A stretch of 64,000 bases of DNA from positions 1 to 64,000 of the forward strand of contig JBGARZ010000004.1 in assembly GCA_044229975.1 (NCBI GenBank), read 5' to 3'. The notes beneath the pieces were generated by a model. It was not told where the DNA came from. It was given only the letters and a program-made list of their open reading frames with translations, and ran no database searches. The translations under genes were made by a program, and so were the position numbers. This DNA is from Polyangiales bacterium (GTDB lineage Bacteria; Myxococcota_A; Polyangia; Polyangiales; Ga0077539). Positions within the stretch are counted from its first letter, which is position 1, and each line of letters starts with the position of its first letter. This document shows, piece by piece, positions 20,007 through 29,565 of this stretch.

Positions 20007-20076
20007 GATCGCGAACGCCGTACCGCGAACGTCTCGGACGCACCGCGCGATCGCCGGACATACCCCGTCCCCTGCG

Positions 20077-20103
20077 TGTCAGGTGCTTCTGCCTCCTCGC
20101 GTC
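20077..20103 (+). promoter_or_regulatory. ECF-type promoter motif TGTCAG-N17-CGTC upstream of hsdR
   Basis: tgtcag 20077-20082, cgtc 20100-20103; near-copy agtcag-N16-cgtc at 20120-20145. Confidence 0.55.
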
Positions 20104-20209
20104 CATCGCGCGACGTCCCAGTCAGACGGTGCTTCCCCGGTCGTCGGGCGCCCGTCTACGATGCACGGCCCCCTGGTGGGCGGTCGGACGCACAGCAGAG
20201 GGACACCCC

Positions 20210-23200
20210 ATGACGAAACCCGCGTCCGAGAACTTCGCCTTCCTCGCCACTTCCTATGTCCAGTTGGAGGGCATCGCCGCCAATGCCGAGCGTGACTGGT
20301 CGCGCGACCCGGTCGGCTGCCTCATGCGGCTGCGCCTCTTCTGCGAGATGATCGCCCAGCAGAGCGCCTCCCGTCTCCGGCTCCCCACGTCGTCGTCCCA
20401 CAACTTCGCCGACGTCATCGAAGCCCTCGAAGTGAAGGGTGTCCCCGCGGAGGTCATCGACCTGCTCAACGCCGTTCGCAAGCGCGGCAACGAGGCGGTC
20501 CACCGTGGCGAAGGAACACCCGATGGAGCCCTCGCGGCGCTCCGACAGACCCAGCAGCTAGCAGTCTGGTACTTCCGCTCCGTCCACGATCGCGCCTTCA
20601 AGACGCCGCCGTTTCGCACGCCCGAAGAGCCCACGCAGACGCTCCAACGACTCCAGGCAGAGCTCGTCGCCGCGCAGACCCTCGCCAAGGCCGAGCAGTC
20701 CGTCGCACAGCTCGCCAAGGCCGAGGCCGATGCGGCACGACTCAAGGCCGAGACCGAGACCCTCGAACGCCTCCTCGCCGAAGAGCGCGCCGAGAAGGAG
20801 GCCGCCGACCGCGTCGTCTGGGAGCAGATGGCCCAGGAGCTCGAACAAGCCGCGCAGGCTGCGCCGCCGACGCCCGACGTCGCCGCGCTCATCGAGGTGT
20901 TCCTGAAGCAGGCGGCCGAGGCGGCGAAGAAGATCACCGTCAGCGAGGCCGACGTGCGCCGCGGCATCGACGCCGAGCTCCGCGCCGCCGGCTGGGAGGC
21001 CGACTCGGTGGCGCTCACCTACGGCAGGGGCGCGCGCCCCGAGGCGGGCGTCGACCGCGCCGTCGCCGAGTGGCCCACCGCGGACGGGGCCGCGGACTAC
21101 GTGCTCTTCCTCGGTCCACGACCCGTCGCCGTCGTCGAGGCCAAGCGCGGGCTCGCCAGCGCCCTCGACGCCATCAAGCAGGCCGAGCGGTACAGCCGCG
21201 GCTACGTCGTGAAGGCCACCGAAGCCCTCGAAGGCGGGCCGTGGGACGGGCACCACATCCCGTTCGCCTTCGCCTCCAACGGGCGCCCCTACCTCCGGCA
21301 GATCGAGCAGCAGACCGGCGTCTGGACCCGCGACCTTCGCAACCCGAAGAACAAGGCCCGCGTCCTCCACGGCTGGCTCTCGCCCGATGGGGTGAAGGCG
21401 ACCCTCACGGCCGACGTCACCGCCGCGCAGGCCGAGCTACGGCGCAGTCCCGTCGAGGCGCTCCACCTCCGCGGATACCAGAACGCCGCCATCCTCGCGG
21501 TGGAGTCGGCCCTCGCCGCGGGGCGCGACACCATGCTCGTCGCCATGGCCACTGGAACCGGCAAGACCCGCACGGCCATCGGGCTCATCTACCGGCTCGT
21601 CGAGGCGGGGCGGTTTCGGCGGGTGCTGTTCCTCGTCGACCGCAGCGCTCTCGGCGAGCAGACCGCCGACGTCGTGAAGGACTACAAGGTCGCGAGCGAG
21701 AAGACCTTCGCGCAGATCTTCGGCTTCAAGGAGCTCGCCGACGCCTCGCCCGACAAGGACACCAAGCTCCACATCGCCACCATCCAGGGGATGATGCGGC
21801 GCGTGCTCGACGGCGACCCTCCGCCCGTCGACGCCTACGACTGCATCGTCGTCGACGAGTGCCACCGCGGGTACACCCTCGACAAGGAGATGACCGAGAC
21901 CGAGATGCTGTTCCGCGACCAGCGGGACTACGTCTCCCGGTACCGCAAGGTGGTCGAGTACTTCGACGCCGTGAAGATCGGGCTCACGGCCACACCCGCG
22001 CTCCACACCACGGAGATCTTCGGGGCGCCCGTCTACCGCTACACGTTCACGCAGGCGGTCATCGACAAGGTGCTCGTGCCGCAGGAGCCGCCGTTCCGCA
22101 TCGTCACCGAGCTGTCGCGCGACGGCATCCGCTACGCCGTCGGGGAGAAGGTCACCACCTACGACCGGGCGACGGGCGAGGTCGAACTCTCCGAGGCGCC
22201 CGACGAGATCGACTTCGACGTCGACGACTTCAACCGCGCGGTGCGGGCGCCCGGCTTCAACAAGGCCGTGTGCGCGCAGCTCGCGGCGGAGGTCGACCCC
22301 CACCTCGACGAGAAGACCCTGGTGTTCTGCGTCGACGAGGCGCACGCGGTGCAGGTCACGGCGATGCTCAAGGCGGCCTTCGACGCGCAGTGGGGCGGCG
22401 TCGACGACGGGCTCGTGATGAAGATCACCGGGCGCACCGACCGGGCGCTGGAGCAGATCAAGAGGTTCCGCAACGAGCGCGAGCCCTCGGTGGTCGTCAC
22501 CGTCGACCTGCTCACCACCGGCGTCGACGTGCCGCGCATCGGCAACCTGGTGTTCATGCGGCGGGTGAAGAGCCGCATCCTGTACGAGCAGATGCTGGGG
22601 CGCGCGACGCGGCTGTGCCCGGAGATCGGGAAGGAGTCGTTCCGGGTCTACGACGCGGTGGGGCAGACCGAGCTGGTGGGCGACCTCACGGACATGAAGC
22701 CCACCGTCGTGTCGCCGCGCTTCACCTTCGTGGAGCTGGCCCAGGAGCTGAGCAGGGTGCCTGACGCGAAGGCGCGCGAGGCCGTGCACGAGCAGCTCGT
22801 GACGAAGCTGCGGCGCAAGCGCACTGCCCTGGAGCGCGGGGCGACGGCGGAGTTTCTTGAGGCGGCGGGTGGGCTCTCGCCGTCGGCGCTGCTGGAGAAG
22901 GTGGCGGCGCAGAGCCCGTCGGAGACGGCGGCGTGGCTGCTGGAGCACCCGACCGCCGTCGGGATGATGGACCGCGTGACGGGCTACGACGCGCGGGTGG
23001 TGCTGCACGAGGGCGACGACCGGGTGGTGGAGTTCGCGCAGGACTTCAACGGGCGCACGCCCGGCGACTACCTCGACGAGTTCAAGCGCTTCGTCGACGC
23101 CAACATGAACCGCATCCCGGCGCTGATGGTGGTGAAGACCGCGCCGCGCGACCTCACGCGCAAGCAGCTCCGCGAGCTGGCCGAGGCGCTCGACGCGGCG

Positions 23201-23563
23201 GGCTACTCGGAGGTCAACCTCCGCGCGGCGTGGCACCGCATGAGCAACGAGGACGTGGCCGCGTCGATCGTCGGGTACATCCGGCAGCGGGCGCTGGGCG
23301 AGGCGCTGGAGCCGTACAACGAGCGCGTTGAACGCGCGGTGAAGCGGGTGCTGGCGAGCCGGGCGTGGAGCAAGCCGCAGCGGAAGTGGCTGGAGCTCAT
23401 TGGCAAGCAGATCGCTGTGGAAACTGTGGTCGACCGGGAGGCGCTGGACGCCGAGCCGTTCAGCGATCACGGCGGCTTCGACCATGTCAACGCGGTGTTC
23501 GAGGGCAAGGCCGAGGAGGTGCTCGCGTCGCTGCGGGCCGCGGTCTGGATCGACGTGGGGTGA
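20210..23563 (+). CDS. hsdR: Type I restriction subunit R with N-terminal DUF4145/HEPN-like domain
   Basis: ADYVLF...VVEAKR nuclease motif, MATGTGKT, DECHRG, GLTATP, QMLGRATR; N-terminal RKRGNEAVH. Confidence 0.95.
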   Translation: MTKPASENFAFLATSYVQLEGIAANAERDWSRDPVGCLMRLRLFCEMIAQQSASRLRLPTSSSHNFADVIEALEVKGVPAEVIDLLNAVRKRGNEAVHRGEGTPDGALAALRQTQQLAVWYFRSVHDRAFKTPPFRTPEEPTQTLQRLQAELVAAQTLAKAEQSVAQLAKAEADAARLKAETETLERLLAEERAEKEAADRVVWEQMAQELEQAAQAAPPTPDVAALIEVFLKQAAEAAKKITVSEADVRRGIDAELRAAGWEADSVALTYGRGARPEAGVDRAVAEWPTADGAADYVLFLGPRPVAVVEAKRGLASALDAIKQAERYSRGYVVKATEALEGGPWDGHHIPFAFASNGRPYLRQIEQQTGVWTRDLRNPKNKARVLHGWLSPDGVKATLTADVTAAQAELRRSPVEALHLRGYQNAAILAVESALAAGRDTMLVAMATGTGKTRTAIGLIYRLVEAGRFRRVLFLVDRSALGEQTADVVKDYKVASEKTFAQIFGFKELADASPDKDTKLHIATIQGMMRRVLDGDPPPVDAYDCIVVDECHRGYTLDKEMTETEMLFRDQRDYVSRYRKVVEYFDAVKIGLTATPALHTTEIFGAPVYRYTFTQAVIDKVLVPQEPPFRIVTELSRDGIRYAVGEKVTTYDRATGEVELSEAPDEIDFDVDDFNRAVRAPGFNKAVCAQLAAEVDPHLDEKTLVFCVDEAHAVQVTAMLKAAFDAQWGGVDDGLVMKITGRTDRALEQIKRFRNEREPSVVVTVDLLTTGVDVPRIGNLVFMRRVKSRILYEQMLGRATRLCPEIGKESFRVYDAVGQTELVGDLTDMKPTVVSPRFTFVELAQELSRVPDAKAREAVHEQLVTKLRRKRTALERGATAEFLEAAGGLSPSALLEKVAAQSPSETAAWLLEHPTAVGMMDRVTGYDARVVLHEGDDRVVEFAQDFNGRTPGDYLDEFKRFVDANMNRIPALMVVKTAPRDLTRKQLRELAEALDAAGYSEVNLRAAWHRMSNEDVAASIVGYIRQRALGEALEPYNERVERAVKRVLASRAWSKPQRKWLELIGKQIAVETVVDREALDAEPFSDHGGFDHVNAVFEGKAEEVLASLRAAVWIDVG

Positions 23564-23630
23564 GGTCGGCGCGAGCTTCGACGCATGGCAGGACGAGTCT
23601 CTTGAAAACTGTATCGACTGAAGGACATCG

Positions 23631-25064
23631 ATGAGCAGCAGCACGCACGACATCGTCCAGAAGCTCTGGGGCTTCTGCGACATCCTCCGCGATGACGGCA
23701 TCACCTATCACCAGTACGTCACCGAGCTGACGTACCTGCTGTTCTTGAAGATGGCGAAGGAGACGAAGATCGAAGACCAGCTCCCGGAGCAGTACCGATG
23801 GGACGCGCTGCTGGCGAAGAAGGGACTCGGGCAGCTCACGTTCTACAAGAAGATGCTGGTGGACCTTGGCACCGAGGGGTCGGATACAGTGCAGGCCATC
23901 TACGCCGACGCGCAGACGTCGATGCGCGAGCCTGCCAATCTCGCCAGGCTGGTGAGCCAGCTTGATGAGCTCAATTGGTATCGAGAGCGCGAGGAGGAAC
24001 TAGGGAATCTGTACGAGGGACTGCTGGAGAAGAACGCCAGCGAGGTGAAGTCAGGGGCGGGGCAGTACTTCACGCCGCGACCGCTCATTGACGCCATCGT
24101 GGCGCTGATCGACCCAAGCGCGGGCGAGGTGGTGCAAGACCCGGCCGCAGGGACGGCGGGCTTCCTCATCGCCGCCGACCGGCGCGTGAAGGAGAAGACC
24201 GGGGAGCTGTTCGCGCTGACGGAGAAGGCGCGCAAGTGGCAGAAGGCTGAGGCTTACCACGGCGTCGAGCTGGTTCCGGAGACGCGGCGCCTAGCGCTGA
24301 TGAACCTGATGCTGCACGGCATCGAGGGCAGCGTAACGTTGGGCGACTCGCTGTCGTCGATTGGGAGCGGGCTGCCGAAGGCGGACGTGATTTTGACCAA
24401 TCCACCGTTCGGAACCAAGCGAGGAGGGGAATCGCCGCGGCGGGACGACTTCACATTCAAGACGGCCAACAAGCAGCTCGCGTTTCTCCAACACGTGTAC
24501 CGCGGCCTGAAGCCGGGCGGACGAGCGGCGGTGGTCATTCCCGATAACGTGCTCTTCGAAGATGGGGTCGGGGTGTCGATCCGCAGCGACCTCATGGAGA
24601 AGACGCGATTGCACACCGTGCTGCGATTGCCGACGGGGATCTTCTACGCGCAGGGCGTGAAGACCAACGTACTGTTCTTCACCCGAGGGAAGACCGACAA
24701 GGGGAACACCACGGAGACGTGGGTCTATGACCTGCGGACAAACATGCCGTCGTTCGGGAAGCGGACGCCGTTTACGCGAGAGCACTTCGCGGACTTCGAG
24801 CGGGTGTACGGGGCGGATCCGGGGGGCGGCGCGGCGCGGACGGAGGGCGGAGAGGGCAGGCGGTGGAAGAAGTTCACGCGCGAAGAGGTGAAGAAGCGCG
24901 GGGACAATCTGGATGTGACGTGGCTGAAGGAAGAAAGTGGGGGCGGCAGCGGCGAGCTGGAGGAGCCCGAGGTGATCGCGGCGCAGGTGGTGGAGCGGCT
25001 GGAGACGGCATTAGCCGAGATGAAGGGGTTGATGGGGGTGCTGGAGGGGGAGGGCGGGGCGTGA
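23631..25064 (+). CDS. hsdM: Type I N6-adenine methyltransferase subunit M
   Basis: GQYFTPR, DPAAGTAGFL, TNPPFG. Confidence 0.96.
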   Translation: MSSSTHDIVQKLWGFCDILRDDGITYHQYVTELTYLLFLKMAKETKIEDQLPEQYRWDALLAKKGLGQLTFYKKMLVDLGTEGSDTVQAIYADAQTSMREPANLARLVSQLDELNWYREREEELGNLYEGLLEKNASEVKSGAGQYFTPRPLIDAIVALIDPSAGEVVQDPAAGTAGFLIAADRRVKEKTGELFALTEKARKWQKAEAYHGVELVPETRRLALMNLMLHGIEGSVTLGDSLSSIGSGLPKADVILTNPPFGTKRGGESPRRDDFTFKTANKQLAFLQHVYRGLKPGGRAAVVIPDNVLFEDGVGVSIRSDLMEKTRLHTVLRLPTGIFYAQGVKTNVLFFTRGKTDKGNTTETWVYDLRTNMPSFGKRTPFTREHFADFERVYGADPGGGAARTEGGEGRRWKKFTREEVKKRGDNLDVTWLKEESGGGSGELEEPEVIAAQVVERLETALAEMKGLMGVLEGEGGA

Positions 25065-26443
25065 GCGAACTGCCGAAGGGGTGGGCATGGACTGAACTCG
25101 GCGCCACTCTTCTTGATCTTCGCAATGGCATCGCGACAAAACCTGATCAAACAACCGGACTCCCGATCCTGCGTATCAGCGCGGTTCGCCCGCGACATCT
25201 CGATCTGTCGGATGTGCGGTTTTTGCCCGAGAACGCACCCGGCCTGAGTGTGTACGATCTACGGGACGATGATCTGCTGTTCACTCGGTATAACGGGAAC
25301 CGCGAGTTGGTTGGCGCCTGTGCGCGAGTGCGCGGAATCGCACGAAGGGTCGTATATCCCGACAAACTGATTCGGGGCAGGGTGGATGGTCGCGTCGTCG
25401 ACGCTGCATTCGTTGAGTACGCGGTCAACTTCGGCGAGTCGCGCTCGTATATCGAGTCAAAGGGAAAGACTGCGGCGGGTCAGATAGGGATATCGGGCGG
25501 GGATCTGCGTCTTACCCCTGTTCCCGTCGCCCCTCTGACTGAGCAAAAGCGTATCGTCGCGAAGCTCGACGATGTGCTGGGACGTAGTCGTCGCGCGAGG
25601 GAGGAGTTGGCGGCGATCCCGGCGCTACTGGAGCGCTATCGGCAGTCGGTGCTGGCGGCAGCATTCCGTGGCGATCTCACGGCGGACTGGCGAACTGGAC
25701 GCAGTCTGTCGTTCGATTGGATTGATAGCAGGCTCGATGCCGTCGCGAGTGGATTCTCTTACGGCTCTGCTGCCAAATCGTCGAGCAAGGGAGACATCCC
25801 GGTCCTTCGGATGGGCAACATTCAGCATGGTCGCCTCGATTGGCAGAATCTTGCATTCACCTCTGATCCTCTGGAGATTGCCAAGTATCTCCTGCGGCCT
25901 GGCGAACTCTTGTTCAACCGCACCAACAGCCCAGAACTGGTTGGAAAGACCGCTGTCTACCGCGGCGACCGCGCTGCCATCTACGCAGGGTACTTGATCC
26001 GAGTTCAATGCGGCAACCGTCTAGTTCCAGACTTCTTCTGCTATCATATCAACAGTACGATAGGCCGCGAATGGTGTCGGCAGGTGAAATCCGACGGTGT
26101 CAGCCAGTCAAACATCAACGCAACCAAACTCGCCGCGTATGTATTCTCACTGCCTACGATCGACGAGCAACACGAGATCGTTCGCCGCATTGACGCCGCC
26201 TTCGCCCGCATCGACGTTGTCCGCGCTCACGTCGACGCCGAGCTCGCCCGCCTCGACTCCCTCGACCGCTCCATCCTCACCCGCGCCTTCCGCGGCGAGC
26301 TCGTCCCCCAAGACCCAAACGACGAGCCCGCTTCTGTCCTGCTTGAGCGCATCAGAATTGAAAGGTCCCAGATGCCTGCGAAAGGAACACGTCGTCCGCG
26401 AGTAAGGGCGCCGCAGCAAAGTGCTCGGGCTGAACGGGCGTAG
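25061..26443 (+). CDS. hsdS: Type I specificity subunit S; native C-terminal tail cut off by an IS at 26405
   Basis: LPKGW start; two TRD-conserved region units (PLTEQKRIV, PTIDEQHEIV); AFRGELVPQDPNDEPASVLLERI; GTG overlaps the hsdM stop. Confidence 0.92.
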   Translation: MSELPKGWAWTELGATLLDLRNGIATKPDQTTGLPILRISAVRPRHLDLSDVRFLPENAPGLSVYDLRDDDLLFTRYNGNRELVGACARVRGIARRVVYPDKLIRGRVDGRVVDAAFVEYAVNFGESRSYIESKGKTAAGQIGISGGDLRLTPVPVAPLTEQKRIVAKLDDVLGRSRRAREELAAIPALLERYRQSVLAAAFRGDLTADWRTGRSLSFDWIDSRLDAVASGFSYGSAAKSSSKGDIPVLRMGNIQHGRLDWQNLAFTSDPLEIAKYLLRPGELLFNRTNSPELVGKTAVYRGDRAAIYAGYLIRVQCGNRLVPDFFCYHINSTIGREWCRQVKSDGVSQSNINATKLAAYVFSLPTIDEQHEIVRRIDAAFARIDVVRAHVDAELARLDSLDRSILTRAFRGELVPQDPNDEPASVLLERIRIERSQMPAKGTRRPRVRAPQQSARAERA

Positions 26444-27740
26444 GGTGTCCAGCGCTCGCCAGAGCTCCCAGGCAGTCGGGCATGCAACTCGCGACCAACG
26501 TGACGAAGGTGTTGAAGGAGACGGCCGCCGCCTTGAAGGGCAGCGAACGTCGGCGGTTCATGGCGCGGACGGTGCGCGACCTGTTCGACGGCGTGATGAA
26601 CCGAGCCGTTCGCGCGCTCGACTGGGACGAGCGGACGTTGCGCAAAGGCAAGAACGAGCTGCGCTCCGGGATCGAGTGCCTCGACGGTCGCTCCGGCGGC
26701 GGACGTCCGACGGCGCAATCGCGACTGCCGAACCTGATGCGGGATCTGCGCGACCTCGTCGATGGTCAGAGTCAGACCGATCCGCGCTTTCAAACGCAGC
26801 GGCTCTACACACGCATCACGTCGGCCGAAGTCCGTCGGCAACTCATCGCGCAGAAGGGGTACACGGACGAGGAGTTGCCGTGTGAGGAGACGATCCGCGT
26901 CAAGCTCAACGACCTGGGATATGGGCTGCGCGCCGTGGCCAAGACCAAGCCGAAAAAAAGGTCGCCGCGACGGACGCCATCTTCGAACAGATGAGTCGTG
27001 AGCGGGCGACGGCCGCGCGTTCGCCCAACGTGCTGGAACTGTCGATGGACGCCAAGGCCGTCATCAAGGTGGGGGAGTTCTCTCGGTACGGCGTCAGTCG
27101 CGTGCTGGTGTTTGCGCTCGATCACGACCACGGGGCCGAGGCGAAGGTGACGCCGTACGGCATCCTGCTCACAGCCCACAACGAGCTGACGGTGTCTCTG
27201 GCGACGGGGCCCGTCACGGCGGACTTCATCGTCGATCGGATCGAGGCGTGGTGGTGCGCTCACCGGGCGCGCTTTCCGGAGGTCGATACGCTCCTTTTGC
27301 TTCAGGACAACGGGCCCGAAAACCAGAGCCGTCGCACACAGTTTCTGTCGCGGATCGTGGCCTTTGCGCAGGCCCATCGGATCAACGTACGCCTCGCCTA
27401 CTACCCGCCGTACCACAGCAAGTACAACCCCGTGGAGCGCTGCTGGGGCGTCCTCGAACAGCACTGGAATGGGAGCATCTTGGACACCGTGGAGACGGTC
27501 GTGAACTTCGCTCAGACCATGACCTGGAAAGGGGTCGCGCCCGTCGTGCAACTGGTCACCACGACGTACGCCAAGGGGATCTCGCTCACGCGTGCGGCGA
27601 TGGCGAAAGTCGAGGCGCAGGTCCAGCGTCTCGCGGGCTTGGAAGCGTGGTTCGTGGAGATCCTCTGCGCGCCGAAGGCCGTGCGGGGCGACGGAGCGCA
27701 CTGAACGCACCAGCACCCCGACGAGAAAACTGCGACGCCC
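26406..27740 (+). mobile_element. ISAzo13-family insertion sequence
   Basis: Imperfect terminal IRs gggcgccgcag / ctgcgacgccc; TAA duplicated at 26403-26405 and 27741-27743; excision restores the hsdS frame. Confidence 0.85.
26482..27704 (+). CDS. ISAzo13-type DDE transposase in two ORFs joined by a probable -1 frameshift
   Basis: ORF1 26482-26994 (QTDPRF); ORF2 to 27704 (SMDAKA, DNGPEN, YYPPYHSKYNPVERCWG); A7G run at 26953-26960. Confidence 0.85.
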
Positions 27741-27743
27741 TAA

Positions 27744-27988
27744 AGGCTACTGCGGTCGATCTGATGAAGTCGAGTTCACCGTTGGATGAGGTCGACTCCC
27801 CCGAGCGTCCAGATAGGTGGCCTGGTTTCGTCTCGAAGCACGGAGAAAACGGTGTTGAAGTGTCGACACTCTACCGATCTTCGGGGCTCTCCGCTGATGA
27901 GTTCTATCGTGAACTTCGATCGCACGTAGTGGCTGGCAGGCTCCGCGAGTTGAGGTCCCCCGAGGAGACGAGGATTGTTGCTCGATGA
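27744..27988 (+). pseudogene. Orphaned 3' end of hsdS (about 80 codons)
   Basis: In frame with hsdS after removing the IS and one TAA; its TGA overlaps the ATPase ATG. Confidence 0.8.
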
Positions 27989-29565
27989 GGATCGACTGGC
28001 TGCACATCAAGGACTTCAAGAATCTTCGCGATTTCACGATCGACTTGGCGGAGAAGGAGGCGATGTCCGTTCTCATCGGAGAGAATGGGTCGGGCAAGTC
28101 GAACCTCTTTGAGGCCATTGTCCATGTCTTTCGCTCGCTCGATCTGGGCGAAGCCGCGCCATTTGGGTACGAGATCCGCTACGTGTGTCGGCAACACAAG
28201 GTGTCGATCGAGTACGATCCATTGGCCGCGGCGACAGGTGGATATGTCGCGATCTTCGTGGATGATGCCCGCGTTGAATGGCCCGCGTTCAAGAGGCGAC
28301 GCGCCGAGCTTTTGCCCGAGCACGTGTTCGCCTATTATTCAGGCCCGGGCACGCGGCTTGACCATCTCTTCCGTAGGCATCTAGCGGACTTTGAGAAGGC
28401 GGTTCGGAAGCAAAAGGTATCTACCGGTCGTCTTCGTCGTCTGTTCTACTGTCTGCCCAAGCATAGTCGGCTGGTCCTGCTGTCTTATTTCATCGACCCG
28501 AAAACCGACAAGAACTTCCTCAAGGAGTACTTCGGGATCGAGGCCTTCGACTCCGCCCTTATCGTGCTCAAGAAGCCATGGTGGGGCGATAGGAAACCGA
28601 GCGCTACCGGCGACGCACGTTTCTGGTGGGCCGAAGGAGATGTCGCGAGGTTCCTCAACTCCCTCTGGAGCAAATCACTGGCTCCGATGCGGATTTCCGA
28701 AGGCGTCGAGAATGTCGACGCTTCGGAAGAACGGCGACACCGGGAGGAGGAGCGGCGCTACCTCTACCTCCAGGATGATGGTCATCTTCAGGATCTTGCG
28801 GCGGCGTGGGCATCACCCAAAGAGTTCTTCGCTGCGCTCGAAGCGGTCGACGTTGCCGATCTCATCAGTGATGTGAGAGTGCGGGTGAGGTGTACCGGGG
28901 GAACCATGGTCACCTTCTCGGAGCTCAGTGAAGGCGAGCAGCAACTCCTCGCGGTGGTTGGGATGTTGCGGTTCACGCAAGGGGAGGAGACCCTGTTCCT
29001 GCTCGACGAGCCCGATACGCATCTGAACCCGAGGTGGAAGTTGGACTACCTGGAGTTGTTGGAGCGAGAAGTCGGGGGAGTGAAGGGGTCGAGTCAGCTC
29101 ATTTTGTCGACGCACGACCCGCTCACGATTGCAGCGTTGAAGAAGAATCAGGTGCAAATCTTCCGGCGTCACAAGGACAGTCGTGTCGTCCGTGTGGACG
29201 AGGCTCCCGATGACCCGCGTGGTCTCGGTGTGGTTGGTGTTCTCACGATGATGTTCGGTCTCACCCGAACGTTGGATCGTCCCACATTGAAGATGATGGA
29301 GGAACGGGATGTGCTCGCTGCCTTGAAGGAGCGAGACGAAGATCAAGCGAAAGAGCTGCTTCGCCTCAACAGCGATCTGGCCAGACTGGGGTTCATGTCG
29401 GAGTCGCGCGATCCCCGGGTGAACAAGGTGCTTGCCGAGGTCGCCGCCTGGGAGCAGCAGTCCGACAAGATGTTTTGGGATCTCACCGAGCCGGAGCAAC
29501 GCGCATTGGCGGAAGAACTAGTGAAGCGGGTACTTGGCGAGCCGAACGCCCGGGGTGTGTTTTGA
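27985..29565 (+). CDS. ABC/AAA_21-type ATPase, restriction-system associated (PtuA-like)
   Basis: FKNL, GENGSGKS (Walker A), LSEGE signature, LLDEPDTHLNP (Walker B/D-loop), STHDP. Confidence 0.9.
   Translation: MRIDWLHIKDFKNLRDFTIDLAEKEAMSVLIGENGSGKSNLFEAIVHVFRSLDLGEAAPFGYEIRYVCRQHKVSIEYDPLAAATGGYVAIFVDDARVEWPAFKRRRAELLPEHVFAYYSGPGTRLDHLFRRHLADFEKAVRKQKVSTGRLRRLFYCLPKHSRLVLLSYFIDPKTDKNFLKEYFGIEAFDSALIVLKKPWWGDRKPSATGDARFWWAEGDVARFLNSLWSKSLAPMRISEGVENVDASEERRHREEERRYLYLQDDGHLQDLAAAWASPKEFFAALEAVDVADLISDVRVRVRCTGGTMVTFSELSEGEQQLLAVVGMLRFTQGEETLFLLDEPDTHLNPRWKLDYLELLEREVGGVKGSSQLILSTHDPLTIAALKKNQVQIFRRHKDSRVVRVDEAPDDPRGLGVVGVLTMMFGLTRTLDRPTLKMMEERDVLAALKERDEDQAKELLRLNSDLARLGFMSESRDPRVNKVLAEVAAWEQQSDKMFWDLTEPEQRALAEELVKRVLGEPNARGVF

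Noticed and set aside
24863..25060. Upstream extensions of ORF-track starts (hsdS 24863, hsdR 20129, GT 50426, DUF3800 50826)
   Set aside because: They overlap neighbouring genes or promoter regions; downstream starts fit RBS position, stop/start coupling or domain boundaries better
27248..27988. 246-aa ORF as an independent gene
   Set aside because: Its first part is an alternate frame of the transposase; only the last ~80 codons are real and belong to hsdS
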